A stretch of 64,000 nucleotides of DNA. Source: Sphagnum compactum. Lineage: Eukaryota. The translations under genes were made by a program, and so were the position numbers. This document shows positions 25,858 through 40,000 of the stretch, in pieces. Within the stretch, counting starts at the first letter, position 1. Each line of letters opens with the position of its first letter. The stretch is from NCBI GenBank assembly GCA_965153455.1, contig OZ234494.1, forward strand, positions 4,278,001 through 4,342,000, read 5' to 3'. The notes under the pieces were generated by a model, which saw nothing but the letters and a program-made list of their open reading frames with translations, had not been told where the DNA came from and searched no databases.

Positions 25858-28681
25858 CAGAAGAGCTCAATCTTAATCGCTCACAAACCCAATTCTCAAA
25901 ATTGCTCACAGAATTCTCAGAGACTCCAAACCTTCTCCTTCTTCTTCTGCTTCTTCGTCAAGTATACCCAAGAATCCAGAACTCCGTTCGCCCCCTCCCC
26001 CCATGTTCTCTCCCACTCTCCAACAAACACGACACCAAACACGCCATCAAACACGCCACCAAAAGCTTGAGATACAAGTCTCTGAACATTGGGTCTGTCG
26101 TTAGTTTCCCCCCCTCCCCCACCCCCTCTTTTCCGTCTCGACTCTCCTTCCACGGCGCCACCTCCGGCCGTTGTCAGAGGCTTGCAACTCCCGCGCGCGC
26201 TTTTCCGGTTTCGCCATCTCTTGTGTCGCCATCTTCGCTCTCAACCCTAATGGACGCACGCACACTACGCACCATCGCCGGTCTCGCACACGCCTACGCG
26301 CACCCGCCCGGCGTCCACCATGCTCGCACGCACGGCGCGGGTGCCACGAGTGGTCCGGGCCCACACGCCCGCCCCGTTCGCCACACGTCCGCCACCCGTC
26401 CGTCCACGGATCGCAATCCAACCCGTCAATCTGATCGGGTAGTAGTACCGTGCTTTTTCTTTTTCTTTTTTTAAAAGAATTTTTTGTTTGTAGCCAAATT
26501 TGTCATTAATTTTGACATAAATTAATTTGGGAAAATTTTGGATTTTTTTTCCCCTGATGTGAATTTGACTAATTGGGCTAATAATTTTTTGGAAAACTTT
26601 CAAGGATTTTCAATATCACAAAGTGGAAAAAAAGAAAGAAAAAAAAACCATGATTGTACTTAATTAATACCTATATATTAGGTAGCCTTTGTTTTAATAT
26701 GAAATTTCGCCAAAATGAAAATAATAATAATAATAATAATAAATTATTTTTAAATTACAAAAATCAGCAAATTTTGAAAAACATTTTGCCACATTTGGAT
26801 TTGGATTTTAATTTCATAGAATTTTTAACTTGATTTTTCAACTATTTAGACAAGTTCGAAAACATGTTGTCATTTAATGCTAGACCCCTTTAATGGATGC
26901 TAGCCAATGATGCACCATCATAAAATTGAGAAAAATATCATTAAATATTAAGTGTGTATTAGTACATAAAGCTTCAATAGCATCTAATGTTAAGTGAATG
27001 TTAGGAAAGATGAAGTTTTTTTTTTGGGGTGCCTTCATATTATGAATGTCACATAACATCAAATCCTTGGTGGAATCTTACATAGCGCACAATGTTAAAT
27101 GCATGTTAATTTAACGTGAATTTTAAAAGATTAAAAATATATTTTAAAATTAAAACACAATGTTACATAACAATCCATGAAATGGGGTTTTAAATAAATA
27201 TTAAGTTACATAAATGTTTTCTCAAGGTTCTCTTAGGTTTCGTTCTCATGTCTCTCCTTATTCTCCAACTTACACCACAAGTTGTTGTATCTCATTTCAA
27301 GGTTAGGGGGGAAGTTTGATTTCTCCCGTCTTCCTTAAGAATGACATCAACATCAATGCTTTAGGAATTTTGTTTAGTTTTCACGATGATCTATCTCCAC
27401 CAAATCAAATTTGTTAACATACAAACAAGCATGCTTCCAAGAACAAAAATATTTTTAAAAAAAAAACAAATCTTGCAAAAGGAATGAACATTGTTGACAA
27501 GAAAATAAAAGCAAGCTCATCATCATGAACATTGTCGAGGAAAAGATGAAAAGAAGCATGTGAGTGTCATTGAGGAGAAGACAATCCAATTGAAAGGGTG
27601 ATAGTTTAATGATGATGAAAAAAACGTTATGATCCTTTGATTTTAAGTATGAACAAAACTTTGGAAAGTTTAGCCACCTTCAATGGAGTGCTCAATGTAA
27701 CATCCCATGTATGCTGAAAAAAGAAAAGTAAGTTATGATGTTAAGTTAGGGTTAACCAAAGTGATTCTATCGTTAGGTCTTCGTCGTTGATGTTAATGTA
27801 AAATTTTGAACTAAGCTTATTTCTAAATGTGAGTAATTCTTAACTAACATTTAAGTTAGTGTTTTTTTAACCTAACATAGATGATATTTTGCTTTATGAT
27901 GTTATTTAGATACTAGGATACTTAATATCATAAGCTTAAACACTCGATGTAATTGCAACTTTTATATGTGTAGGTACCTAATGGTGCCTTCACACCTAGT
28001 GTTAAGTCAATGTTGAGTGAAAATCTAGGTGGCATCTTAGGTGGCACCCAATGTTTAAATGGGTGATTGTTTAACATTAAGCGAATGTTAAGTTAACACA
28101 AAAATCTTCGTGGTAAATAGGTTTAGGTCCTAAATGGCTAGCTTGGTGTTAGGGGACTTAATAGTAATAACGTAAAGATTTGTTGAATCGGCCATGGTCT
28201 TGCCCTTGCCCATTATGTCGGGTGTGTTGCCAAGCTCACCTTAACAAGCTCACTTGGTGCCATACCCAATATAATAATAAGGCTTGACCATTCCATATCA
28301 TATACAAACCACACGGGGAAGTGAGAGATGGAGGGGGGGGGAGGAGGGAGTGGGGTTTAAGTTTCATTTGAGTCAATTACTTGTTCACTTACTTGACAAG
28401 TTATAGGAGTCTATTTTTTATTTATTTTTTAGTTTTTTTTCCCTACAAATACAAAATACAAGGGCAACTTCAACACATGTCTATCAAACAATTAATTAAT
28501 TTTGAAAATTTGCATGTCAAAAATTTCGAGGCAAGGATATTGTGTTTAGATTCATTATAGAGTATAGTAGTAGCTTAATGGGGGATTTTGGCCCCCCCTA
28601 GGTAGTAAATAATAGGTCTATTTTTATATGAGGATTTTTGAAAGATGATAATTTTGGCTTGTGTTGAGATTAGTTCTCGAG

Positions 28682-28761
28682 TTATAATGTATTGAAGGAT
28701 TTTGGTTTCTTTTAGAGGATTTTATAATGTTTTGAAGGATTTTGGTTTCTTTTAGAGGATT
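28682..28761. repeat. 40-bp tandem duplication
   Basis: ttataatgt(a/t)ttgaaggattttggtttcttttagaggatt x2. Confidence 0.85.
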
Positions 28762-30289
28762 TTTTGAACATTATATTTTTGCTTGGTGAAATATATTTGA
28801 GATGCTTTCCTATTGAAGGGTCGGTTCTTCTTTGATCTCTCCATGTCAAGTTTGGGTCCGATTTTTTTCAAAAATTTAAACCCTATAATTCCAATTTTGG
28901 CACATTTGTTCATAATAAGAATTTTTGGGCCTGATTTTGAAATTTGGGTCGGATCCAATGTACACATTACATGTACACTCCCCCAATGCTAAAGATTATT
29001 ATACAAAGGTTTTTACAAACAAATTAAACTTAAGGTTTGTACAGGTACAAAATTTTTACAACTAATTAGTTTCATTTTTAATTTCCTACTCACCTACAAA
29101 ATTCAACATTCTTGTCAACTAATTAATTAATTAAAATTTCCTACTCTAGATTAAAATTTTAGAAATGACATCCCTTCCCTAGAGGTCAAAAGACAAGAGT
29201 ATTATAATTTGCAATTGTAGGCATAAGATCCCTTCCCTTTTTTAATGTGAGAAATTCATGGGATATAAGGTGCCCTCCAAATACACTAAATTTTTTTTAT
29301 TGTGTGGCTAATGTTGTTCAAATTCTAGAAGTATTTTTTGAAAAGTAGAAACAAACCTGCATGCCACATGGCAATGTTATACAATGCCACATGGTGTTCC
29401 AATCAATTGATAAGCTTCCATTTTGGCCTTTCCGGCCTACTTGAAAATAGAATATTTCTGAATATTGAAAAAGATTCTTTATTTTCCTTCACAAAAATTT
29501 GTTCTTTGAAAAGACTATTTTTTGAAAATTAAAATTTTATCATTTCAACTAGGGTAAAGGGTTTTTTTTAAAATCTAAATTGTGTAAGGTAGGTGGGTTG
29601 GCAATCATCCACAAGAGGACTTAACCAAGTTTCACTAGAGGTCAAAGACAAGAGTATCATTTTTTGTTATTTATTTTCCTTCATAATTTATTTATTTTTT
29701 GAAGAGATTATTTTTAAATTAAAATTTCTAGATTTCAAGTAAGATTTAATTTATTTTTTGATTTTATGAAGTAGGTGGACCAACGACCATCCACAAAAGC
29801 TTAGCCAATTTTGACTAGAGGTTAGAGACAAGAGTAATTTTCTTTTCCCAAACTTTGCTATATATTGGCAACATACAAGAACCCTATGCTCTATATGGCA
29901 AGTTCCAATTTTTTTTTCCATTGAAATATGACAATTTTGACCCTTTTGACCAAAAATATTCCTTGGGACACAAGCCATAGCCCCTTTGTTTTGGTCACCA
30001 AGTGACAAGAACTTACCACAAAAATAATAATAATAATAATAATAAATTAATTAATTAAAAAATCAACAAGTAATATAATTGGTGTTGAAACTCCCAAGGC
30101 ATCACAATATGTCTCTCCAAGCCATATTTATTAGTTATATAGTTATATATCTTTCTTTATAGGAAGAATATTATCTTTCCATATTTTAGGTTTAGTCATA
30201 TCCTCCGATTACCATAGTACCTCGACTTTGATATTAATTATACTATTTGTAAACATGTTGAAATTTTCTCACACACACACACACAAAAA

Positions 30290-30839
30290 TCCTATATATT
30301 AATTCACTTGGTCTGTCAGTGTGTCTGTTTGAACCTGTCCATTTCGACTCGTTAACAGTCTCTATGAGGCCGATTCTGCAACCCCCCAGATGACAGAAAC
30401 GAGATGTCGAAATGAGCCGCACTTGATGCTGGAACATTTCAGGCTAGGTGCGGCTCATTTTGACAGGGCTTGGGAAGGGGGTTTGGCAGAACCGGCCGGC
30501 CACAGCACGTGGCTTCATGGCTTAGGTGCAATCTTGGCTGTACAAGTACACTCTCTGACCGTCAGCAAAATTATTTGGACCGCATGTCCACCGCAGCCCG
30601 GCAGCAGCAGCGGGATCGTGATCGTGAGCAGCACGTAGAAGTCCGTGCCCGGCTAACAAACCAAGAGCGACAGCAACAGCGGGACCGTGATCGCGAGCGG
30701 CATCGATAGGTGCAGGGTTAGAAAGAAAAATAAATAAAATAAAAATCAAAATAACTGCTTTGCGCCTTTGTGTGTGTCTCTCTTCGTTTAAAAAAACCGG
30801 GGGACTTCACAGTGTCCAAAGGTCACGGGTACCCACTAG
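30290..30839 (+). mobile_element. Non-autonomous Helitron (550 bp)
   Basis: 5' end A|TCCTATATAT and 3' end CTAG|T, i.e. inserted in an AT dinucleotide with no TSD. Degenerate subterminal hairpin gtgtccaaaggtcac lies ~10 nt before CTAG. The GC-rich interior has a repeated R/Q/E-rich coding fragment (RQQQRDRDRE x2). Confidence 0.78.
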
Positions 30840-31450
30840 TATCTATATATTCCAAAGAACAAAATTTTGTAAAGGAAAATGAAAAATCTTTTAAAATATT
30901 CAAGAATTTTTTATTATTCAACTTGCAATCTTCGAAATTAATAAATTATCCAAGAGACGTGGTGAAGCTGCCCCTATACTAGAGCTAATTGAATTAGTCA
31001 AAGCCACAGGCAATTTAGAACTTAGAAGCAAAATGCCTTGGGCATCAACTGCCTTGTCTTTGGGAGGAATACATGCAACTCGCCATCCTCAACTTGAGGT
31101 GGAATTAATGGGGGTTTATGTATGGGTAAGTTTTGTTTTGTTTGTTTTATTTTGTTTTGGAATTAATTAATAAAAGCTTTAGGGTTTGATTCTATTTTTG
31201 AATTGATTAATTAAAAAATTTAGGGTTTAATTACATTAATATGGAGGTGGAACAAAAGAGTGTGAGATTCAAGAGACATCCAACCCACCCAAAAAAAAAA
31301 AAAAAAAACCTTCCCCCTCCCCATCCCCCTTCCAACTACCCAAATTCTTGAATGTTCAAACATATGGCACCTAACCCTAATTATCTTTGCCTCATCTTAA
31401 ACCTACATTCCTAATAAAACATATGGGTTAATTTGTGGTGGTGGTGGATA

Positions 31451-31720
31451 AACCCATTGTGTTTGAACCAAAACCCAAAACAGAAATAGAGACAAAGACC
31501 AAACTGAAATAATTCCCTTGCTCAAAAGTTAGGTCAAAGATTTTGGAAACCCATTATTGTGTTTGAACCAAACCCTAATAAAAGATGGAGACCAAAGTGA
31601 GAGATTCCATTTGCTCAAAAATTAGGTCAAAGACTTGTAATCCCCATTGTTGAGTTCAAAACCAAACCCGAAAGAAAGAAATACGGAGACCAAACTGAAC
31701 TATTCTTGCTGAAAATTTGA
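31451..31720. repeat. Diverged tandem repeat, ~95-bp unit x3
   Basis: cccattgtgtttgaaccaaa...gagaccaaa...ttgctcaaaa.ttaggtcaaaga recurs at ~31451, 31548 and 31641. Confidence 0.7.
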
Positions 31721-32940
31721 GTTGAACACTTTGTGTCTATGAACACAACCCAATGATCAGATCTCTTGGCAACAAGAGCAATGTACAGATAGTGATTGAA
31801 TCGAGGGACCACAACTTCAATCATTCAATACTCATTCTGAAACACCAATAGGAAAAAAAAAGAAAGAAAAAGGGGGGCAACCTTCATTCCATGACACGAG
31901 ACTTCTCATTGGTTGCATGGAAATTCTATTCCTAATATTGGCTGCCACTATTTTTGGCCTGGACTCTTTAGCCCTTCCTAAGAACACCCTACCTATTGTG
32001 CTTGTGCCTTTCATTTCATGTATGGCCAACAAATATACCTAATAATGTGGACCTAGAATTTAATTTTCCCTAACATTGGACCCCCCCAAAAATTGTAAAA
32101 GAGAACTTGTGGGATGTTTTTGGAAGCCTAGTAAAAAAACTACTAGTATTATTATTTTATTGTGGGTACCTCCTATCACAATATTTAACCAAAAATATAA
32201 ACCACCCACCTAAAATTTAAAATTTTTAAATAACAATTTTTTATAAAAAAAAACTGACAATTTTGAGGCCCATACCCTGTGGGTGTATGCCCTAAATTTT
32301 GAGGAGGCCCATGAGTGGTAGTGGGGCCTCCCCCAGTGCAAAGCACTCCAAGCTCTTTTGCATGTCTATCTGCATGCAAAAGGCGTCACAGGGAGGTCTG
32401 CATGCGTATGGCAGAAGCTCTCCCTTCAATTAATTGATGATTGCAAATTCCATGCGGGGTGGTGCTTTCAAATATAAGGGAAAAAACTTCGAGTACGTTA
32501 CCTTATACAATAAGGTTCATCTTGCGTTGTTTGTTTGAATGACAAAATCAAGCGCTTGGCGTAACGATAGCTATAACGCACTCGGGAGCCAGGCTCATTA
32601 GGAGGTTGAATTTGGCCAAACCCTACCCACTCCCTAATGTTAACAATTTGTTTTTCCTATTTGCAAAAGAAATCGTCAAGTCAAGCCAATTATGTCTACA
32701 AAATCAGCTCAGCACACACACACACACACACACATATGACCAAGTCGACGACAATTATTTAAATAATATTCACTCACTAAGGCCATTCTTTAAAACAAGG
32801 CACCAATTTGAGCAACCTCATTGGTCGCAATCTTTTTTTTTGCCCATACCTTAGCACAAGCCTATTTCACATTAGTTGTGTATATTTTTTTAACACTAGG
32901 TTATACTAAAATCCTTGTTTGTATATATTAAAGGGTTAAA

Positions 32941-33043
32941 GTACAAAAGGTTCTTTAAACCCCCATTTTAACCCAGGGTTTTAAAGAACCTTTTGTACAC
33001 TTTAGCAACTAGGGAAGGCTTGGCCTCTCACAAGCCTTCCCTA
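32941..33043. repeat. Two adjacent perfect inverted repeats
   Basis: gtacaaaaggttctttaaa (32941-32959) pairs with tttaaagaaccttttgtac (32980-32998). tagggaaggcttg (33010-33022) pairs with caagccttcccta (33031-33043). Confidence 0.88.
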
Positions 33044-34669
33044 ACTTTTGGCCCTACACCCTCAGGTTATGTATGACCCTCAAATTAGGGGAGACTCTCA
33101 TGAGCAAGCATTCCATTAATCCTTTTTGACTCACCAAAATGCTCATTAACTTAACACACACAAAAACCTGACTAGAGTTACTCAGATGGCAATATTCCAG
33201 TTGATCAGCTCATGCAGAACCCATTTTGTCACGAAGTATGAAATGGAGCCAACATTAGTCACAATGCATGTGAGAGAATAATATTTAGGGAGAAGAAAGA
33301 AAAGCACAAGTACCTCAGTATTCCTTGATTTTCTTTCATTTGGTGCTTAGGCATCTACAAGATAATACATATTCCTTACAATTGTGGTTAAATTAATCCA
33401 AAATGTTGAGGTCACATATGTTAATGGGATCTACAGGTGTGCAACAACACTTGCGTATGAAGATCTCATACTCATTCTTTGAACCAAGAGCATGCAATAC
33501 ATATCATTCGTACACATAAATTGGCTCCTGCAAGTTGGTCACAAAATTTATGTTGTTGGACAATTGAATGTCCTACATAAATAGAGTGGGATAAACACCA
33601 TACATATTGTATCGTATATTGTTTTATTGGATTGTTCAATTGACATTTTTAAAACGTAAGACCTCTAGACCCTTGAACCTCTTTTTAAGGCGTTTACAAT
33701 TTGAGTTTTCGATGAGCATGGATCAAGGTACGTAATTGGGCAAACATTTCATCAATCCTATTATCATTTTTAAGGACTTGTGAAAAAGGTTAATTTAGAA
33801 TTGGTTATTGATGCAAATATTGTGAAAGCATCGTGATGGGTGTTGCAAGAAATACTTGGTTCTAATTGGAACAAAACACTCCATTAATTTTGAGCCATGA
33901 AATGTAATTCTCAGATGCATGAGCTAGTGTGGATTAGTTGACATAGAAGAGGTCAATGCAAGGAAACAAAATTGCAAGACATATTTAGTTTCCAAAATTT
34001 AATTTACTTCTTTTGCATAAACATCACAAAAGTATGCATGTAAATTGTGCTTAAGTTGATAGCTGGGAATACAAAGTATGATGGAAAACAAAATGAAAGA
34101 AAAAGGCTTGGTAGAGTTTACAAATTTTACTAAAAGCCAAAGAAGTCAGGGAAAGAAAACGCTCCACACCAAACAGACATTCACCATAAAAATAAGATAT
34201 TTCGGCCTCCTGTATTCCACCTCAACATTCCAGGCAAACCATAGTTTACAAACATGTCAGTCCTGAGTTTTCATGGCATTTGCAGAAGCAATAACAAGAC
34301 TTGGTTATGATGTTGGCTAGCAATTGAGAGATGTAGTCAATTAAAAAGAAGTCAATAATATCCTCATTTAAGCTGTGCAACAAGCTTGCAAGTGAGGAGG
34401 CACACTTCAAAATCTAAGATTACCTCCTCATTAACATCCTTGATTGATCAACTGTGTGTCAAAAAGCCCTTAAAACTATATATACTAGAAGATTACCTCC
34501 TCATTAAGTACAATACTCCGACAATCGTTTGCTACTCTCTAAAACAGTTCTTGAAAATTACAGCTAGAGTCTCTCGCATTCATCATTACCATACTTGATC
34601 AGTCATTTGTGTGAAAGAAAAATCCCTAAGCGTTGTTAGTCTAACTCCTCCATTTCGGTTCTCAATTGG

Positions 34670-36364
34670 CTACAACTCATCACCACCATTGTTGTCAATC
34701 CCAAACAAAAGCCCACTCATCTCTGATGCCAGCAATTGCCCTGCTTTGCCAATGTCATAGACCATAAGTGCTAGTCGGCTTCCCACCCAGCTCCCGATTT
34801 GGCCACCCACAAGATAGCCCACTCGACCCATCCTCTTCTCTCCCTGAAAGTCATAATAAGTAATAACCACAACCCAAAAAAAGTCACTGAAGTCTGTATG
34901 ATCACTAGATGATATAGTTCAAGAGAACCATTTCCTTTGGGGAGCTTAGGGTGAATGAAGAGGATTTTTTTCTTTTTCAGGGGGTTCTGTTTTTTTGTGG
35001 CCGATGTGGTAATAGAAACACTTGCCTTCTTACAAATATGTAAGATTTGTGTTTGCAACCAAGTAAAAAAGAAAAAACTAAAGAAAGAAAGAAAGAAAGA
35101 AGTACCTCCAAGGCCCCCAACCAAGTTCCACAGAGAGTTCCAGAGGCTCGCATTGAAGCCTCGAGAAAGGAGCCCCCATAATACAGCACCTCAAAAGTGT
35201 CCCAAACAGCAGCGAACAAGGGCCCTGAAATTCTCCGAGCTTGGCGTGACTTTTCCTTTCCAGCTGCTTGAGCTAGTTTTTGAGACTGTCTCTCAGCTTC
35301 CTTTCCTGCCATCCCTTGGGCGAGTGCTGACTGCAGAGCACTGTCATAGGCTTTGTGTTTTGCTTGCTCAACTAGTCCTGCCCGAAAACTGTTGGTGTAC
35401 AGTTTAGCTGCTTCTTTTGTCAGACATGCGATCGACCCAACATTTAGGTCAAAACAATCCCACACTGAAAACTTCCCTGTCTTGGAAGCAGATTGGTCCC
35501 CTACGTATTGCCGGGCTTGCATTGCTGCACCATAACTTGCACCCAACCAGTACTTCTTCATAAGTCTTCAAGGGCTAAACTGTAGCTGGACAAATACGAC
35601 CAATTCTTTTGCAGGATTATGCGGAGCTTGCAGCCTCATGACTGCACTGAGCTGCAACAATCAATATCCTTATATTCTACAAGATTGTAGAGAAATCTGC
35701 ATGACAGCACTATGAAAATAACTTGACAATGAGTGTGATCATAACCTTATGAGGATCACTCACAATGTATCAGACCTTCACTACATCATGCATAGCGGTG
35801 ATGAGCTGCAATGGCTATTACCTACTGACTTCAGCAGTTTCCAACAATGCACATAGATAAGTATAATAATTTATCAGCCTCAAACTTTGGGCATGCATTT
35901 ACCATTATACAAAATCGAAGTCCTGCATTTCTGTTGGATGTCCAGAAGCAACAGGAAGACTCAGACAAAAAGACAGAGAACAAAAAGGAGAGAAAGACAA
36001 AAGGAGGTATTTGAATGCTAAAACCCCAAAGGAGAAACCATAGATTTCGTCAAAGTCTGGACAAATTTGAGAAAGCAACCAAGGGTGAAAAACACAAAAG
36101 AAGGTGTGCAAGAAACTGGACAGTGATTGGATTAAATCACAACAAAGCATTCCCAAAGAAAAAGTGCAAGTCCATGACTTCATTGCCATAACAAAAACAC
36201 ACAGGCAAAGGGGATTAAGAGAGAAAAGAACCATAAACCCTAAACCCATTCATAAAAGCATAAAAGAAGTTGGGTACAGAAAATTGCTCACAGAAAAGAT
36301 GCAAAACAAGAAAGCTGACACAGAGGAACTTTGCATTCCTCCTTGATGCTTGTGGGAGGGCCAT
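34670..36364 (-). CDS. Uncharacterised conserved plant protein: signal peptide, glycine-zipper helices, C-terminal GDEL; 3 coding exons, 221 aa
   Basis: Exons 36364-36292 (MALPQASRRNAKFLCVSFLVLHLF, donor gtgagc), 35524-35106 (acceptor ggtgcag) and 34843-34670 join in frame. The core FSVWDCFD..GSIAC..KE..KLY..WDTFEVLYYGG..GYLVG..IGSWVG..LMVYD resembles an uncharacterised angiosperm family (from memory). A 5'UTR intron probably runs ~37128-36386. Confidence 0.8.
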
Positions 36365-37020
36365 CTCCTTCACTCCTATTTTCTTCTGCAAAACAGCACA
36401 CAATGCTCCTCATAACTAGTTGAATCGACAACTCTCCTGATGACAGACATCCCAGGTCTGAACTGTGTCAGAGTTGAAAACCAAAAGGAGGGTTTAGGGT
36501 TCAGGGAACTTAGCAAACTAGTAATTTACAGGTTTTGCTACAGGTTTCTGTGAAGGACCATCTCTTTTGTGCACTTGGACAACTAAAACACAAACTGCAC
36601 AAAGCTTGGAGTAGAAAGAAAGAATGAATTCCCAAGCTGCAACAATATAGGCAATTTCCAGGGTTGATTGACCACATAAAGCAAAATTGGTGTTTCAAAG
36701 AAAGACTAAGTCCCCAATTCAGCTCAGGGTGGGGCTTGCTTGCTTGCTTGCTTATTCAAGATGTGCAAAGATTATGCTGTTGCCAAGTAGCATTTTTGTC
36801 TTTCCACAAGATCAAGAGCAAGTCAAGAATACCATCACCACAAGATGTGCAAAATATGCTCCTGCCAAGAAGTACTTCTGTTTCCAAAAGATCAAGAGCA
36901 AGCCAGAACATCTGTTTCTGTATCCATAGCAACAACAAGATGAAGACAAAGCCAGAAGAATATCTGTTTCGTAGATTACCACCTTCTTCTAAGAATGCAA
37001 AGAAATAAAACCCAAAACCA

Positions 37021-37024
<4 letters not shown>

Positions 37025-37060
<36 letters not shown>
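37025..37060. repeat. (GA)18 microsatellite
   Basis: Read directly. It lies in the probable 5'UTR intron of the 221-aa gene. Confidence 0.95.
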
Positions 37061-37064
<4 letters not shown>

Positions 37065-40000
37065 TGAGAATTCTAAGCTCCAAAATTCCTTGATGAATCT
37101 GACAAAAACAAAACTTGATGAATCTTACGTACCCCGCAAAAAAAAACAAGAAATATGGCTGCACCTCTCCTCAAATCATGTAAAGCGAGTTGTGTTCAGA
37201 TTGAAAATCTGGCGGCAACTTCGCCCACATTCTCTAAAAACCCTAAACCCACATTTCAATCAACCTATTTATCAAAAATTTCCATTCTTGTGTTCATTCA
37301 TTATTGAGGCAAAAGAAATTGTTTTGGAAGAAGTTTTGGGTTTTGCTTGCTAGGCTTGTTCATTTGCTTGAGGTGAGCAATAAAGCCAAGCCTTTTGTGG
37401 ATTGTGGATCCAATCAATCTATTGCTTCGGAGTTGTGAGTTAGAAATTATGATTTTGAAACTTTTTTTCTTTTTCGAGTTGTGAATTACAACTTATAATT
37501 CTCGAGAATGAGCTTGCATTTTTTTCATTTGAAGTTGTGACGTAGGAGTTAAGATTTTTGAAAGTGGGTTTGTATTTTTTTAATTTGGAGTTGTGTGAGC
37601 TAAAAGCTACGATCAAAAGAAGGTTTAAGAAAGTTTTAAATTAAATTGACAATTTGACTCCAAATCATTGAATATTAAATTTAAGTTAATCACGGTTCAT
37701 TGTAGATTATGTGTATATCACTTTTATTGGTTTTGATTCATTAGACCCAACCCACTTTGCTTCATGTGAAATGAGGAAAAGTTCCATTGAACCAAATGGA
37801 ATGCAAGGAGATTTTCAAAAAAAAATTTGCATCTCACATATGGTTGCATAAGGTGAAGATCCATTGCCAACCAAGGGCCAATCTTCTATGAAAACATGTC
37901 AATGGATTTGTTTTTTTGTTTCTTGTGATTAACACAACAATGTTGCAAGTCGAAAATACAAGTGTTCCACAGTGGCAACTTACATGTATGTCATCAAATG
38001 TTGAATCAAAATGAATTCTAAGAGCATCCTCTAGACATACAAACAAAAGTTTGACACAATAACATAGTGTTTGCATTGAACTCAAATAAGGTGCAAAGTC
38101 AGAATATTAAAACAAGAATGTGAAAAAATCATATAAACCAAGAATTACATGTTATGGTGGATTTAAACACATTTGTAACCAAATGGATCTTTCACCCACT
38201 TGTAATTAATATCATCTAAGCATGGAATGTTTAAATCTTGAAAAATGTCAAAAGATCAAAACCTTTCACTCTACATACAAAAAAACAAAAGTATGAGGAA
38301 TGAACTCATTTTTTTCCTTGTCATTAATAAATGGAAAAAAAATTACAAATTGTAAGTCTAAGAAGCACAAGTTTAATAGTGACAAACTTCTGGAAAATCA
38401 AACAAAAATGTTTACAACTTACATAAAGAAGTTGAAAAATCAATGATTCAACAAAAAGTCCCTAGACTTTGGTTAGTGATGTCAAGGTTGTACACAGTAG
38501 GCATGTCAAAAATATTTTCTTTGTCAAGGTTGAAGGTTTAGGGCTTTAAAACCTTGTATAGATACTAGCACAAGGCATAATCGTAGTGAAAAAGAAAAGG
38601 AAAAATGACAATGGCGATTATCACACAAGAAATCATCTATGAGGAAACCTCTCTCCAATGCATTCAAAATTTGGAATGCATTGACAAGGAAAAAAAATAT
38701 AACATGAACATACCTTTATCAAAAACATTGCCTTGCATATTGGTAAACAAGTACCTAACATGTTATACAAAATTTACAAGACAAAACAAAATTTAAAATG
38801 GTAAAAGTTAGATTAATCTACAATTGACGAAGAAAAATTCATGATACAAAAATTGGATATGCACACAAACAACTTCAACAAATGGGACAAATGTGAAGAA
38901 AAATTACAACATCAAATCATATGCATGAGCAACTAGCCATAACATATGGATCATTGCCAAAAGTGTTGTCACAACCCCACTATTGTCTTTCTATTAAGTT
39001 CAATTATCATTCATGTCATATGAATTTGAAGCATATGATGTTATGTGATAATTTGTACAATAAGTTTGTAGGGAAAAAAATTCAGATTTGCAATGGGTAA
39101 AATCAAATAGAAAGAAAAAACTTGTGATGATGATGATGATGATGATGATGGCTACATCTTCCATGGATGATTATCATTTTTTTTACATCTTCCAATGAAT
39201 GATCATCACTTTAACTATAAAGAAAAATTCCTAAAATGAACATTGGTCATGATGAATGCATAATTTTGAATTATACTATCCAAAATCACCAAGGTGTTGG
39301 GAATTAAAACAATAGTGAATCAGTGCATAATCATGAATTAAACATCTTTTTGTGGATCAAAAGGCCGTCATGAATCTTTAATGATGAACTAATATTTTAA
39401 AACCATGATGCAATGATAAATGCAGATATGTGAAAGAAATATTCATAGATTGCAAAGTGGGCAAGTATTCAAGAGTAGTGTTTTATGGAAATAAGGAATG
39501 TGTTTCAAAATGTCATTTGAAGTAGGATTACAATTTTAGAAAATGTTGTTGTTATGGACATACCTTTTGAATCCACATATAAATTTTGTATTCATGATAA
39601 AAACAATGTTATCATTTCAAACATGTTTTCTTTTTTCCTTTTTCTTTTGGGGAGTTCATTCATATTTTAAAATATGATTATTATTAAAGCCTATTATAAC
39701 CTAAAAATCTACAAATTTGATTATGATAAAGTATGGCCACACACGTGTTTAAAGTTTGTAACCAACATAACCCTAACACAAACTAAATGTCATGAATCAT
39801 GATTTCAATATTCTTAGCATTGCAAATTACCATCAATTTTCAAAACATTGTTTCATAAGTTAAGAAATCATGATGAATCTTTAATAATGAATTAAACATT
39901 TTTAGACCACAACACCATCGTAAATGTGTATACATGAAGTCAACATTCATAGATCATGATGTAGTAAGGCCCAAAGAATAAGGTTTTTTGAAAACAAATG

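Noticed and set aside
32584-32595. gggagccaggc match to the miR160 complement
   Set aside because: Only 11 nt match and there is no precursor hairpin.
35561-35639. Apparent uORF or nonsense TGA just before MKKYW in the 194-aa ORF
   Set aside because: The region is intronic once the signal-peptide exon is spliced to the exon starting at 35524.
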